Assembly: GCA_965116495.1 (NCBI GenBank)
Contig: OZ220696.1
Location: forward strand, 4,224,001 to 4,288,000
Direction of reading: 5' to 3'
Origin: Gammaproteobacteria bacterium
GTDB taxonomy: Bacteria > Pseudomonadota > Gammaproteobacteria > Eutrophobiales > Eutrophobiaceae
Length of the DNA: 64,000 bases
The translations under genes were made by a program, and so were the position numbers. Of this stretch, positions 41,271 to 50,075 are shown one piece after another. Each line of letters starts with the position of its first letter. Position 1 is the first letter of the stretch. The notes below the pieces were generated by a model. That model saw only the letters and a list, made by a program, of their open reading frames with translations. It was not told the DNA's origin and did not search any database.

Positions 41271-41862
41271 TTACCGTCTCCTCAAACTTGAACTCGTTGC
41301 ACGCTATGCATGCTCCACAAGGTTCTTCCCCACCAGCATGGCATGAGTAAGTGTCTCGAATTCCTTTTTTTTTCGCCATTTCAACAATCTCCACCTTGTG
41401 AAATTTTGAGAGTGGTGCCAAGACTAGTATTTGGCGGCCCATACATGTTGCAATCATTTGCTCCGCATTATGTAAAAAGGTGGTTGTTTGGTCAGGAAAG
41501 AGACTGGTATCTTCATGCAAAAGTCCGATTGAGACAGCATCAGCTTTTACTTGATATGCGTACGCTGAGGCTATAAGCAAAAATAACATGTTGCGACCTG
41601 GGGTGAATGCATCCTCAAGCACATGCATGTTTCGATCCGTCAACCCTGAACGAATGAGAGTTCCGTATCCTTCAAGATTAGCGACTTCAGGTTGTGGTAG
41701 ATTCAGATGTGACATGGCTCTTTTGCAAGCCGCCAATTCAAAGTCGCGTGAGCGCTGACCATAGTCAATAAATAGAGGGAACTGTTGTACGCCTTCTTCA
41801 TGCGCCAATTGTGCTAGCAACGTAGAGTCCAGACCGCCTGATACGAGTGTTACCATGCTCAT
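41257..41862 (-). CDS. QueC-family protein (Cap9-like)
   Basis: SGGLDS PP-loop, DYGQR, PGRNMLFL, TYSC…PCGACIAC zinc site. Confidence 0.9.
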   Translation of the reverse strand: MSMVTLVSGGLDSTLLAQLAHEEGVQQFPLFIDYGQRSRDFELAACKRAMSHLNLPQPEVANLEGYGTLIRSGLTDRNMHVLEDAFTPGRNMLFLLIASAYAYQVKADAVSIGLLHEDTSLFPDQTTTFLHNAEQMIATCMGRQILVLAPLSKFHKVEIVEMAKKKGIRDTYSCHAGGEEPCGACIACNEFKFEETVSGRR

Positions 41863-41864
41863 AC

Positions 41865-42569
41865 TTACACCATTGCATATCCAGAACTTCGTGCAACGCG
41901 CATTACTATCCAGATTGCCCAGTCTAGGAGGCCAACTTTGACATCCATTTCTAGAGCATGCCTCACTAAGTTTTTTTCCTGCCTCTGATAGTTCGCGAGA
42001 TGAGAGATTGAACCTACTTTTTTAGAATAATAGCCTAAAGCGGTCATATAGTCGATCACATGTCGGTCGATGATTGCAAGATCATAGCTAAGGCAAATAT
42101 TTCTTAAGAACATGCTCGCCTGTTTGGGCCCTATCCCAGGCGTATTTCGGACAAGCCAAGAACGGGTATCGGAGGGTGTTTGAAAGGATGCAAGAAGGCA
42201 TTCAAGACTATCTGACGCTTGTGTAATTACCTGCCTAGTTGCGGCAAGTTGGTTTGCCCGGATTCTCGGGTAACGGTAAGCTCGTTGCCGGTTTTCGACA
42301 TTAAGCCGTTGAATAAGTAGATTATTAAGTTCCATAGCCAGAACACTTTCTGATATGTGCTCATCCAACAAAAGGCTACTCGTGTCGATCGCATCTGCTG
42401 CAGCGACTGCCAGTGGGTAAGGAACTTGGCTGCTAAGCAAACAACAAGAAAGCTCATACCAAAGGCAACGTTCGTCAAGTGTTGGTTTTCGAGAGGCGAC
42501 ACGATTTTCAATATCAGGATAGATGGTTGAAACTGCTTCCGAAAGCCTGTATGGCTCAATGCGAATCAT
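41865..42569 (-). CDS. OGG-type HhH N-glycosylase (Cap11-like)
   Basis: ELSCCLLSSQ, RYP..RA, PGIGPKQASMFLRN, AIIDRHV, LDWAIW. Confidence 0.82.
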   Translation of the reverse strand: MIRIEPYRLSEAVSTIYPDIENRVASRKPTLDERCLWYELSCCLLSSQVPYPLAVAAADAIDTSSLLLDEHISESVLAMELNNLLIQRLNVENRQRAYRYPRIRANQLAATRQVITQASDSLECLLASFQTPSDTRSWLVRNTPGIGPKQASMFLRNICLSYDLAIIDRHVIDYMTALGYYSKKVGSISHLANYQRQEKNLVRHALEMDVKVGLLDWAIWIVMRVARSSGYAMV

Positions 42570-44047
42570 TTGAAGATTCCCGGTATCTTTTTTTCTAACA
42601 ACTCTACGTTTATTTTGCCTAGCAATTTCGTAACAAATCCCTCTAACCGTTCCTCGACTGTAGCCAACTGTAGTTTTGCAGAAAAATTAGCATAATAATC
42701 AAGATTGTGAAGAGAAACTTTTCCAGAAATTCCAATTTCAGCGTCATCTATTGCTGCCTGTGTTACCGAAGAGTCAGCTAATCGGGCTTGGAATTCGAAG
42801 AAATCGAAATGTTGAGTGTGATGAAGTGTTCCCCTCTCTGTGTCAACGGCGTATCGGCACCATTCGAGACCATCAAAGCTATCCGCACCAGCTGCAGTGT
42901 ATACTACAATACTCCAAGGATTTCCCGTACCTAGAAGATGTATCGGTTGATAGAATGGCAACTTGGCCAATTCCTCCCGAATTTTCCTTACTGTACGTGC
43001 ACCTTCGATAAGTCCAGGTCCAAGTTCACGCTCAGGGACAGCAATTAGAGGTGGGTGTAGGTTCTCGGAAATTTCACGAATAATTGTTGGTAAATGTTCA
43101 AGGTCGTGCCCACCCGGTTGAAGTTGTGGTGCATGCACGATAGGGATAATAGGCGCATCGGTTAGTTTCTGATCCTGTCTGATCCCGCCAAGTATTGCTG
43201 AGACTGAAGTTTTAGGTTTCCGTTGTCGAGAGGAAGGATTTATGGGTGGGGCTGGATAGTCAAATGAAAGAACCCAATCGTGCGGCGTTTGACTGAGCGC
43301 TTGCTTTAGATCATCTCGGCTCCAAGTTTTGTTTTCCAGTCTTGTAGCCTCATAGTTGCCAGAGTCGACCATCACAAAACCACCATTTTTACGAAAACGT
43401 GCGAGTGCATTTCTCAGTTGAGTTAACTCCTTCAGTTTTTTTGCACTGGGATAATGTTGCTCAACTAGGTCATAAGCTGAGACTAGAATGGTTGGACCTC
43501 CGCGTAAATTTGTTGAATCGAACGCACCAATTCCGAATACCGAAAGGACTTTTACCGCCTCGAGTGGTTCAAGTCGTGTTTCATATGAAGATGCCGAGTG
43601 GAATAGAGAGGGGAGTTTTATTTGCAGATTTGCAATTTCCTCGGGGCGTTTGGGGGGAAATCTGGGCGAAACAATGGTGGCCAATTTTCTTTGTAATTGT
43701 TTCAAGCCTTCATGATCGCGTTCACCTTTCCAGCATTGCATATCGACTGTGCTCCAAACGGTGTACCCGTAAGGTGCTTTACAGTCCTCAATTGTTGCTG
43801 GAACCAAAGTGATGTTGTTATCTTTAGAGATTTCAAGCTCATTTATCACATTGTCGCTACAGCGTGCCGCCGAAGACCAAATAGGAACCACACATTTCGC
43901 TTTCTGCAATTCTTTCTCGATTTCTATATTGAATTTTCCCGTGACGGTATCGTCCCACCAGACATCCCAGCTTTCTGACAAGATTTCAAAAAGTTGCTTC
44001 GCTTTATCACGGTCGGTGCTTGAATAAATTATGCAAATATCGGCCAA
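42566..44047 (-). CDS. TIR domain fused to a tRNA-guanine-transglycosylase-like barrel (Cap10-like)
   Basis: N-terminal IIYSSTD…VWWD…CVVPIWS…SDNVINE; C-terminal DSGNYE, SFD, PIHLLG, GADSFD. Confidence 0.82.
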   Translation of the reverse strand: MADICIIYSSTDRDKAKQLFEILSESWDVWWDDTVTGKFNIEIEKELQKAKCVVPIWSSAARCSDNVINELEISKDNNITLVPATIEDCKAPYGYTVWSTVDMQCWKGERDHEGLKQLQRKLATIVSPRFPPKRPEEIANLQIKLPSLFHSASSYETRLEPLEAVKVLSVFGIGAFDSTNLRGGPTILVSAYDLVEQHYPSAKKLKELTQLRNALARFRKNGGFVMVDSGNYEATRLENKTWSRDDLKQALSQTPHDWVLSFDYPAPPINPSSRQRKPKTSVSAILGGIRQDQKLTDAPIIPIVHAPQLQPGGHDLEHLPTIIREISENLHPPLIAVPERELGPGLIEGARTVRKIREELAKLPFYQPIHLLGTGNPWSIVVYTAAGADSFDGLEWCRYAVDTERGTLHHTQHFDFFEFQARLADSSVTQAAIDDAEIGISGKVSLHNLDYYANFSAKLQLATVEERLEGFVTKLLGKINVELLEKKIPGIFK

Positions 44048-44122
44048 AATATCTTAATCCCAAAGCAGGCGGCTAACGCTCGGAGCAGTATTTGATATAG
44101 CTATTGTAAATTGCATCTTATG

Positions 44123-45232
44123 CTAGTGTGCTGTCCCAGAAATAACTGTGCATAGTCTTTCAACCTTGTTCAAGATAGACTCAGCCGTCGCCGTCCAAAC
44201 GAATGGGCGAGTATTCGCATTATAGTTGTCCACAAACTGCTTGATCTTGTTGACGAGTTGTTTTACTGAGGTAAAGGAGCCCCGCCGGATGGCCGTTTGG
44301 GTGATGAGACCAAACCAGCGTTCCACCTGATTGAGCCATGAGGCATAGGTGGGGGTGTAGTGCACATGGTAACGGGGTCGTTTTGCCAGCCAGGCCTTCA
44401 CCTTGGCATGTTTGTGGGTGACGTAATTATCGACGATCAGATGCACGTCCAGGTCGGCGGGCACGTTCCGGTCGATGTGTCGCAGGAAGGCCAGGAATTC
44501 CTGATGCCGGTGGCGGCGTGTACAGCGGCTGAGCACGGTGCCGGTGGCCACGTCCAGGGCGGCAAACAAGGTGGTGGTGCCGTGCCGGATATAGTCATGC
44601 GTCACCCCCTCGACATAGCCCAGTCCCAGGGGCAACAGCGGCTGTGTGCGTTCCAGGGCCTGGATTTGGGTCTTCTCATCGACACACAGGACCACGGCAT
44701 GGTCGGGCGGGTTCAGGTATAAACCGACGATATCGCGCACCTTCTCGATGAAGAACGGGTCGGTGGATAGTTTGAAGGTGCGTTGTCGTTGGGGCTGTAT
44801 TCCGAACAGGGTGAACCAGCGCTGTACGGTGCTTTTTGAGACGCCGGTGTGCTCGGCCAGGGTGCGTAGCGTCCAGTGGGTCCCGTCGGACGGGGTGGAT
44901 TGCAAGGCGGTATTGATGACCTCGGCCACCCGTTCGTCGTCGTGGCTGCGCGGGCGCCCGGCACGCAGTTCGTCGTGCAAGCCTTCAAGGCCGTGCTCGA
45001 CGTAGCGTTTGCGCCATTTGGCCACGGTATTCTTATTCAAACGCAGCCGTGCGGCGATGGCGCTGCCGGGCTCACCCTCGGCACAGGCGAGGACAATCTG
45101 GGCGCGTTGGACCAGGCCATGTGGCAAGGAACGTGACTGTGCGAGGCTGAGTAACTGACTTTTTTCATCCTGGTTGAGTACAATGGGGGTAGCACGACGA
45201 GGCATGAGCATTTCTCCGGGTAATGGGTTCAT
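44123..45232 (-). CDS. IS630 transposase
   Basis: VDEKTQIQAL, YIRHGT, IVDNY..HK, SWLNQVERWF. Confidence 0.93.
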   Translation of the reverse strand: MNPLPGEMLMPRRATPIVLNQDEKSQLLSLAQSRSLPHGLVQRAQIVLACAEGEPGSAIAARLRLNKNTVAKWRKRYVEHGLEGLHDELRAGRPRSHDDERVAEVINTALQSTPSDGTHWTLRTLAEHTGVSKSTVQRWFTLFGIQPQRQRTFKLSTDPFFIEKVRDIVGLYLNPPDHAVVLCVDEKTQIQALERTQPLLPLGLGYVEGVTHDYIRHGTTTLFAALDVATGTVLSRCTRRHRHQEFLAFLRHIDRNVPADLDVHLIVDNYVTHKHAKVKAWLAKRPRYHVHYTPTYASWLNQVERWFGLITQTAIRRGSFTSVKQLVNKIKQFVDNYNANTRPFVWTATAESILNKVERLCTVISGTAH

Positions 45233-45268
45233 GCCTATTATACCTCTTATTTATGGGACAGTACACTA
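44124..45268 (-). mobile_element. IS630-family insertion sequence with TA duplication
   Basis: Inverted repeats TAGTGTGCTGTCCCAGAAATAA and TTATTTATGGGACAGTACACTA, both in a CTAG context. Confidence 0.92.
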
Positions 45269-46444
45269 GGTGGATTCAGGGGAATCCTTCGGTATCGCCG
45301 CCCAAAAAGCGAAGTACAGAGCAGAAACAAAGTCATCAGTGATTGTGAAGTTTGGTCCAGCCAAGGCCGTGAACACAGGGTCAACCTTTTCCTCAGCCAG
45401 AACAACAACAGATAATCCCTCGTTATGCGCACGTTGGCCTTTGGCCAAGAGATTTGGTGTCAATACGGTGGCAATAATCAGGACTGTGGTCGGTTCTTGA
45501 AGAATGGCATCTCGATCTATACCATTGAGTTCATAACAGATAACCGTTGCTCCAAGTTCGCATAAACGAAACCGGGCTTCTTCCAAAACATACCGACCAC
45601 CGATTGTGTTAACCTCACCCTCAAGTGAAATTGGGCCAGGTTGAGAGGTGCCGATTGCTACAAGGTCAGACATTGATCCTGAAGGTACGGGGAGTTGGCG
45701 AGTGCTGCAGTACCTTGCAACCGAACGAGACGCAAGATCAGCCGCATAGTATGCAGACATTTTTGCTTCTGCCCAATAAAAGGTGAATATAGCGCTAAAG
45801 ACGTCTCCACTCCCTATTTTAAAGACACTGCTCGAACGATACGCTGGAATGTGGCTCTCCTCTACACCGGGCTCAAATACTATAGCGCCTTGGGCACCTG
45901 CCTTAACAATGATTACCGAAACATTTTGTTCCTGCATAATGCGTTTGGCAGCCAATTTAAGATCATCCTCCCCCGTAATTAATCTAAGCTCAAGCACATT
46001 GAGAACAATAGCAAGCTCTTCGGCGTAAGAACCATTTTCACCGAATGTCTTAGGGGATAAAGCTGTCTGGGGGTCATAGACAGCCCGTTTTGCTTTGACA
46101 ATTGCATCACCTTCCAAAAAACCAAAGCATAACACTGTATCTCCAGAGACTTGGAGTGGCGGCTGCCGCTCGATTTGGTCATAAGAGGGTTCGATGTGGG
46201 GTTGCGATAGAGGATGAAAGTAGGAGAATGCGATTCGGACATTCGAGGGTTGTCCCCGCAATGTTATACCAAGACTTTCAAGGAGTCCGATTCCAGGACT
46301 ATTTCTATCACTTACATATGTGTGAAGCACACTTCCGGGGGATAAATTGCTAACAGCTGCTGCTGCCCGACCGCCAGACCCAAATTCTGCATCCCATTCT
46401 GGAATCATACAAATTTCGTGATATAAACCACCTACAATCTGCAT
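45266..46444 (-). CDS. PfkB-family kinase fused to a degenerate nucleoside 2-deoxyribosyltransferase-like domain
   Basis: GSGGRAAA, IVKAG..GA, IGSGDVFSA; C-terminal EEARF.L…VVVLAE…DF.SALY…W. Confidence 0.75.
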   Translation of the reverse strand: MQIVGGLYHEICMIPEWDAEFGSGGRAAAAVSNLSPGSVLHTYVSDRNSPGIGLLESLGITLRGQPSNVRIAFSYFHPLSQPHIEPSYDQIERQPPLQVSGDTVLCFGFLEGDAIVKAKRAVYDPQTALSPKTFGENGSYAEELAIVLNVLELRLITGEDDLKLAAKRIMQEQNVSVIIVKAGAQGAIVFEPGVEESHIPAYRSSSVFKIGSGDVFSAIFTFYWAEAKMSAYYAADLASRSVARYCSTRQLPVPSGSMSDLVAIGTSQPGPISLEGEVNTIGGRYVLEEARFRLCELGATVICYELNGIDRDAILQEPTTVLIIATVLTPNLLAKGQRAHNEGLSVVVLAEEKVDPVFTALAGPNFTITDDFVSALYFAFWAAIPKDSPEST

Positions 46445-46607
46445 ATTATGTCCTAGGTATCTTTCTTTAGCTCGATTGAGTGTAGTTTCTTAGGGCATCT
46501 CTGGCACAAAGTCTAAAATATTAAGGAAGATGCTGATGCATTATGATCTTAATTCATTATTGGTACATTTTCTCAAATTTACATCGTTCCTTTGCTGTCG
46601 ATACGGG

Positions 46608-47387
46608 TCATAGATCATGCCAACTGGCGTCCATTATATCCCCGTTATCATCAAAACTAATGATCACCCTCTTTACAATATTGAGTTCATGATTAAGTTG
46701 ATTGGGGCGGCCGTATTTTAAGTGTGACTTGAGGCTACCCTCGACCTTCTCGTTAATTAGGGTATCAGTGACTTTGATGTCATAATCATCGAACCATCCA
46801 TAACAGTTTGTAGAAACAGATATCATTTTGTTGGTATATTCCTTCTTAGGCGGGAATAAGTTCATGAGGCTCGTATTTAGCTCGACAACTTCGAATTGGA
46901 TTGGAAACGTAGCTTTGTTGTGAAGTAGGAACCCTAAACTTATGGTGTTCACAGCACCATCTTCTGTTAATGTCCTGTTTATTCTCATGTTATTAAACAC
47001 TAGCTTGCCTTCCACACTGTTTCGATAGCGCCATTCATCGAACCGCAACAGGCCGGTGGGAATGGCTACAAACAACACCCCTACGCCCACGATTAAATGG
47101 AACCAAGGAGTGCCTTGAAGCCAGCCTAGTACGCCAATCACGATGATGATTGCAATAGGTAATATTTTGTATCGCCATTCGTCAATTCGTGATAGACCAG
47201 TGGAAACGGCTACAAACAACAGCACTACACCGACGCCCAGATAGAACAAGGGAATGTCTTCAAGCCAACCCATTACACTAGCCCCGATGGAGAGCGCTAA
47301 GGGTATTACATGTTTTGTCACGGCTTCCTCAGCGAATAGGTTAGCTATCCACTTACTGAATTCTGATGACTTGTGCCTAAAATTCAT
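46608..47387 (-). CDS. Hypothetical membrane protein with an internal tandem duplication
   Basis: GWLEDIPLFYLGVGVVLLFVAVSTGLSRIDEWRY versus GWLQGTPWFHLIVGVGVLFVAIPTGLLRFDEWRY. Confidence 0.65.
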   Translation of the reverse strand: MNFRHKSSEFSKWIANLFAEEAVTKHVIPLALSIGASVMGWLEDIPLFYLGVGVVLLFVAVSTGLSRIDEWRYKILPIAIIIVIGVLGWLQGTPWFHLIVGVGVLFVAIPTGLLRFDEWRYRNSVEGKLVFNNMRINRTLTEDGAVNTISLGFLLHNKATFPIQFEVVELNTSLMNLFPPKKEYTNKMISVSTNCYGWFDDYDIKVTDTLINEKVEGSLKSHLKYGRPNQLNHELNIVKRVIISFDDNGDIMDASWHDL

Positions 47388-47547
47388 GTTTGAAATCTTA
47401 TGTCAAAGCAATATTATTATTGCCAAAATATATCGCTACTTTTATAGATGCTAGGAACATGGCACACACATCCACATGCCCCTAAAAATATCTAAACTTT
47501 ACGTGACCTAGTCCCCTGTTGTGATTCACAGGTAGTCCATGGGGAGG

Positions 47548-49029
47548 TCAATACATCTCAAAATACTCCCTATGCTCCCAATCCGTAGGATGAGCCAAAA
47601 ACCGCCCAATCTCAGCCCGCTTGATATGCAGAAAGTAATCAATGTACTGATCTCCGAACCCGGCTCTCAATACCTTGCACCGATCCAGGGCCTCGACCGC
47701 CTGCATAAGCGAATTGGGCAACGGCGGCTTGTCGGTCTGCCCGTAGGGATCCCCCAGCACCGGCTCCCCCGGATCCGTCCTGTTCCGAACCCCGTCCATC
47801 CCGGCATATAACTGCGACGCCATATACAGGTAAGGATTCGCCGAGGGTTCCCCCGAGCGATTCTCGATACGCGTACTCGGCTCAGCGTAACCCCCCACCA
47901 GCCTGAGCATGGCGCCGCGGTTGTCGTGAGCCCAGAGAATGCGGTTCGGCGCCAGCGGGTTGGCGTTGAGGCGCTTGTAGCCGTTGATGGTCGGGTTGGA
48001 AAAGGCGCACAGCGCGGCCCCGTGTTCGACCAGTCCACCGATGTAATGGTAACCGGTATCGCTCAACAGGTTGTCGTCGCTGGTAAAGGCATTGTCCCCG
48101 GTTTCTATATTGCGCAATGACTGGTGCAGGTGCCATCCGCTCGAATAGACGTTGGGTAGGGCGGGTTTCGCCATGAAACTGGCCAGCAGCCCGTGACGCC
48201 GCATCAGGTGTTTGACGGCGGAGCGGAACAGCAGCAGGGAATCGGCCGCTTTGAGGCCGGTCAGGGGGTTGAACGTCACTTCGAACTGGCCAGGCCCCCA
48301 TTCGGCTTCGATGCTGCGCAGGGGCAGGTCCAGCCCGGCCGCCATCTCCCGGATTATCTCCGTCACGTGGGCCACCCTGTCCATGGGGTGTTCGGCATGG
48401 TATTGGAAGCCGTGGCTGAGCGCCTTCACCGCCGGCGGGTCGGGCGGGTGCCCGGCTTCACTGAGCGCCAGTTTCTCATCCTCGATGGTAAATACGTAGA
48501 ACTCGAGTTCCAGCCCGGCGATATAACTGTAGTTCAGGTCCGCCAGTGCATTGAGTGCGTTACGCATTACCTGCCGGGTGTCAAACGGCATGCGGGTGCG
48601 GTCCTTCAGGTACATATCGGCGATGATCCAGGCCGTGTCCGGCGCCCAGGGCAGGATTTTGAAGGTCATCGGGTCCGGCGCCAGCATCATGTCGCCGGCG
48701 CCGCCCATCTGCTCGACGCCGAAGCCGCCGTCCGCCTCGAACAGCGGGAAAACGGGGGTGTTGGATGTGTCTTTGCCGAGGTTGGAGAAGGTATCGGCCA
48801 CGCCGTTCTGCAGGGCCAGCAGGAAGTTGTCCACGCTTAACGCTTTGCCCCGCATGATCCCGTGCTGGTCGCTGTAAACGACCCGTACCGTCGTGACGCC
48901 GTTCTCTCTGATTAATTCCGGCAGTTGCCCGGCGCGTTCCGATTGCTCCTCGTTCCATGCGCCGGCCTCGGCGATGAAATTGTTGTGGCCGACGCTGATT
49001 TCATGTGAACTGTCCTGAGCTGAATTCAT
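47548..49029 (-). CDS. Glutamine synthetase family protein (gamma-glutamyl-amine ligase-like)
   Basis: DQHGIMRGK, GLELEFY, EWGPGQFE, SGWHLHQSL, RIENR…ANPYL. Confidence 0.9.
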   Translation of the reverse strand: MNSAQDSSHEISVGHNNFIAEAGAWNEEQSERAGQLPELIRENGVTTVRVVYSDQHGIMRGKALSVDNFLLALQNGVADTFSNLGKDTSNTPVFPLFEADGGFGVEQMGGAGDMMLAPDPMTFKILPWAPDTAWIIADMYLKDRTRMPFDTRQVMRNALNALADLNYSYIAGLELEFYVFTIEDEKLALSEAGHPPDPPAVKALSHGFQYHAEHPMDRVAHVTEIIREMAAGLDLPLRSIEAEWGPGQFEVTFNPLTGLKAADSLLLFRSAVKHLMRRHGLLASFMAKPALPNVYSSGWHLHQSLRNIETGDNAFTSDDNLLSDTGYHYIGGLVEHGAALCAFSNPTINGYKRLNANPLAPNRILWAHDNRGAMLRLVGGYAEPSTRIENRSGEPSANPYLYMASQLYAGMDGVRNRTDPGEPVLGDPYGQTDKPPLPNSLMQAVEALDRCKVLRAGFGDQYIDYFLHIKRAEIGRFLAHPTDWEHREYFEMY

Positions 49030-49104
49030 GCTAATCCCCTGTAATTGCTCTCATCAGGATAATAGCAGTTTATCAATAGGCGGGTTAAGGGTTAAAATAC
49101 GAAA

Positions 49105-49971
49105 ATGAAACTCCCCCACGAACGATTTGATTACTCCGCCATGCCGCAGCGCGAACCGGTCCGGTTTCCGAACGGTGAGCGTATCGCGGTGTACATGATC
49201 GTCAACATCGAAGAATGGAATATCGAGAAGCCCGTTGCCAGGGAGTATGTGACCTCGCCGGCGGGGGTGGTGACCGTGCCCAACGTCCCCAACTGGTCGT
49301 GGCACGAGTACGGCATGCGGGTCGGTGTCTGGCGCATCATGGATGCCCTGATGGCGCGTGGCCTGAAGGCCAACGTCGCCATCAATGCGCGGGTGTGCGA
49401 GGGCGCCGGCGAGCCGGTGGCCCGGGCCATGCGGGATGCCGGCTGGGATTTCATGGGGCACGGGTATGCCCAGGCGCCCATGCACGTGGTCGAGGACCAG
49501 GTGGAGGTGGTGAACAAATCCTTTGCCGTTCTGAAGGATTACACCGGCAAGGCGCCAAAGGGCTGGCTGGGGCCGGGCCTGCAGGAGACCCTGGATACGC
49601 TGGATCACCTGGCCGCGGCCGGGTTCAGGTTTGTCTGTGACTGGCCCATGGATGAACACCCTGTCACCATGAAAACCGCCGCGGGACCGATCATGGCCAT
49701 GCCGTATTCGTTTGAGCTCAGCGACCTGCCGATGATGGTCGTGCACGCACACACATCGGAGGTGTGGCTGAAGCGGGCCAAGGACCAGTTCGACCGGCTC
49801 TACCGGGAAGGCGCGGACCAGCCCAGGGTCATGTCATTGGGTGTGCATCCCTATATAATGGGCGTGCCGCACCGGATAGGCTATTTCGAGGAGGTCCTGG
49901 ATTACATTCTGGGCAAGGATGATGTATGGTTTGCCACGGCCGATGAGTTGTATGACTGGTTCAGCAGGTAA
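49105..49971 (+). CDS. Polysaccharide deacetylase family protein (PuuE/allantoinase-like)
   Basis: VNIEEW, EYGMRVGVWR, GHG, GWLGPG, GVHPYI.G.P.R. Confidence 0.85.
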   Translation: MKLPHERFDYSAMPQREPVRFPNGERIAVYMIVNIEEWNIEKPVAREYVTSPAGVVTVPNVPNWSWHEYGMRVGVWRIMDALMARGLKANVAINARVCEGAGEPVARAMRDAGWDFMGHGYAQAPMHVVEDQVEVVNKSFAVLKDYTGKAPKGWLGPGLQETLDTLDHLAAAGFRFVCDWPMDEHPVTMKTAAGPIMAMPYSFELSDLPMMVVHAHTSEVWLKRAKDQFDRLYREGADQPRVMSLGVHPYIMGVPHRIGYFEEVLDYILGKDDVWFATADELYDWFSR

Positions 49972-49973
49972 TT

Positions 49974-50050
49974 AACATGGATGCACAGGATATACAGGAT
50001 ATTCATGAGTAAATTATTCAGGAATCCTGTGTATCGTGTGCATCCATGTG
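49974..50050. repeat. Intergenic inverted repeat
   Basis: acatggatgcacaggatatacaggat … atcctgtgtatcgtgtgcatccatgt. Confidence 0.75.
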
Positions 50051-50075
50051 AAAATTTCAATCAAGAAAGTAATGA

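Noticed and set aside
40803-44047. Canonical type IV CBASS, Dpd DNA modification, QatABCD or housekeeping queuosine operon
   Set aside because: No CD-NTase, DpdB/C, QatA ATPase, TatD, queD, queE or queF is visible, and the TGT-like domain is fused to a TIR.
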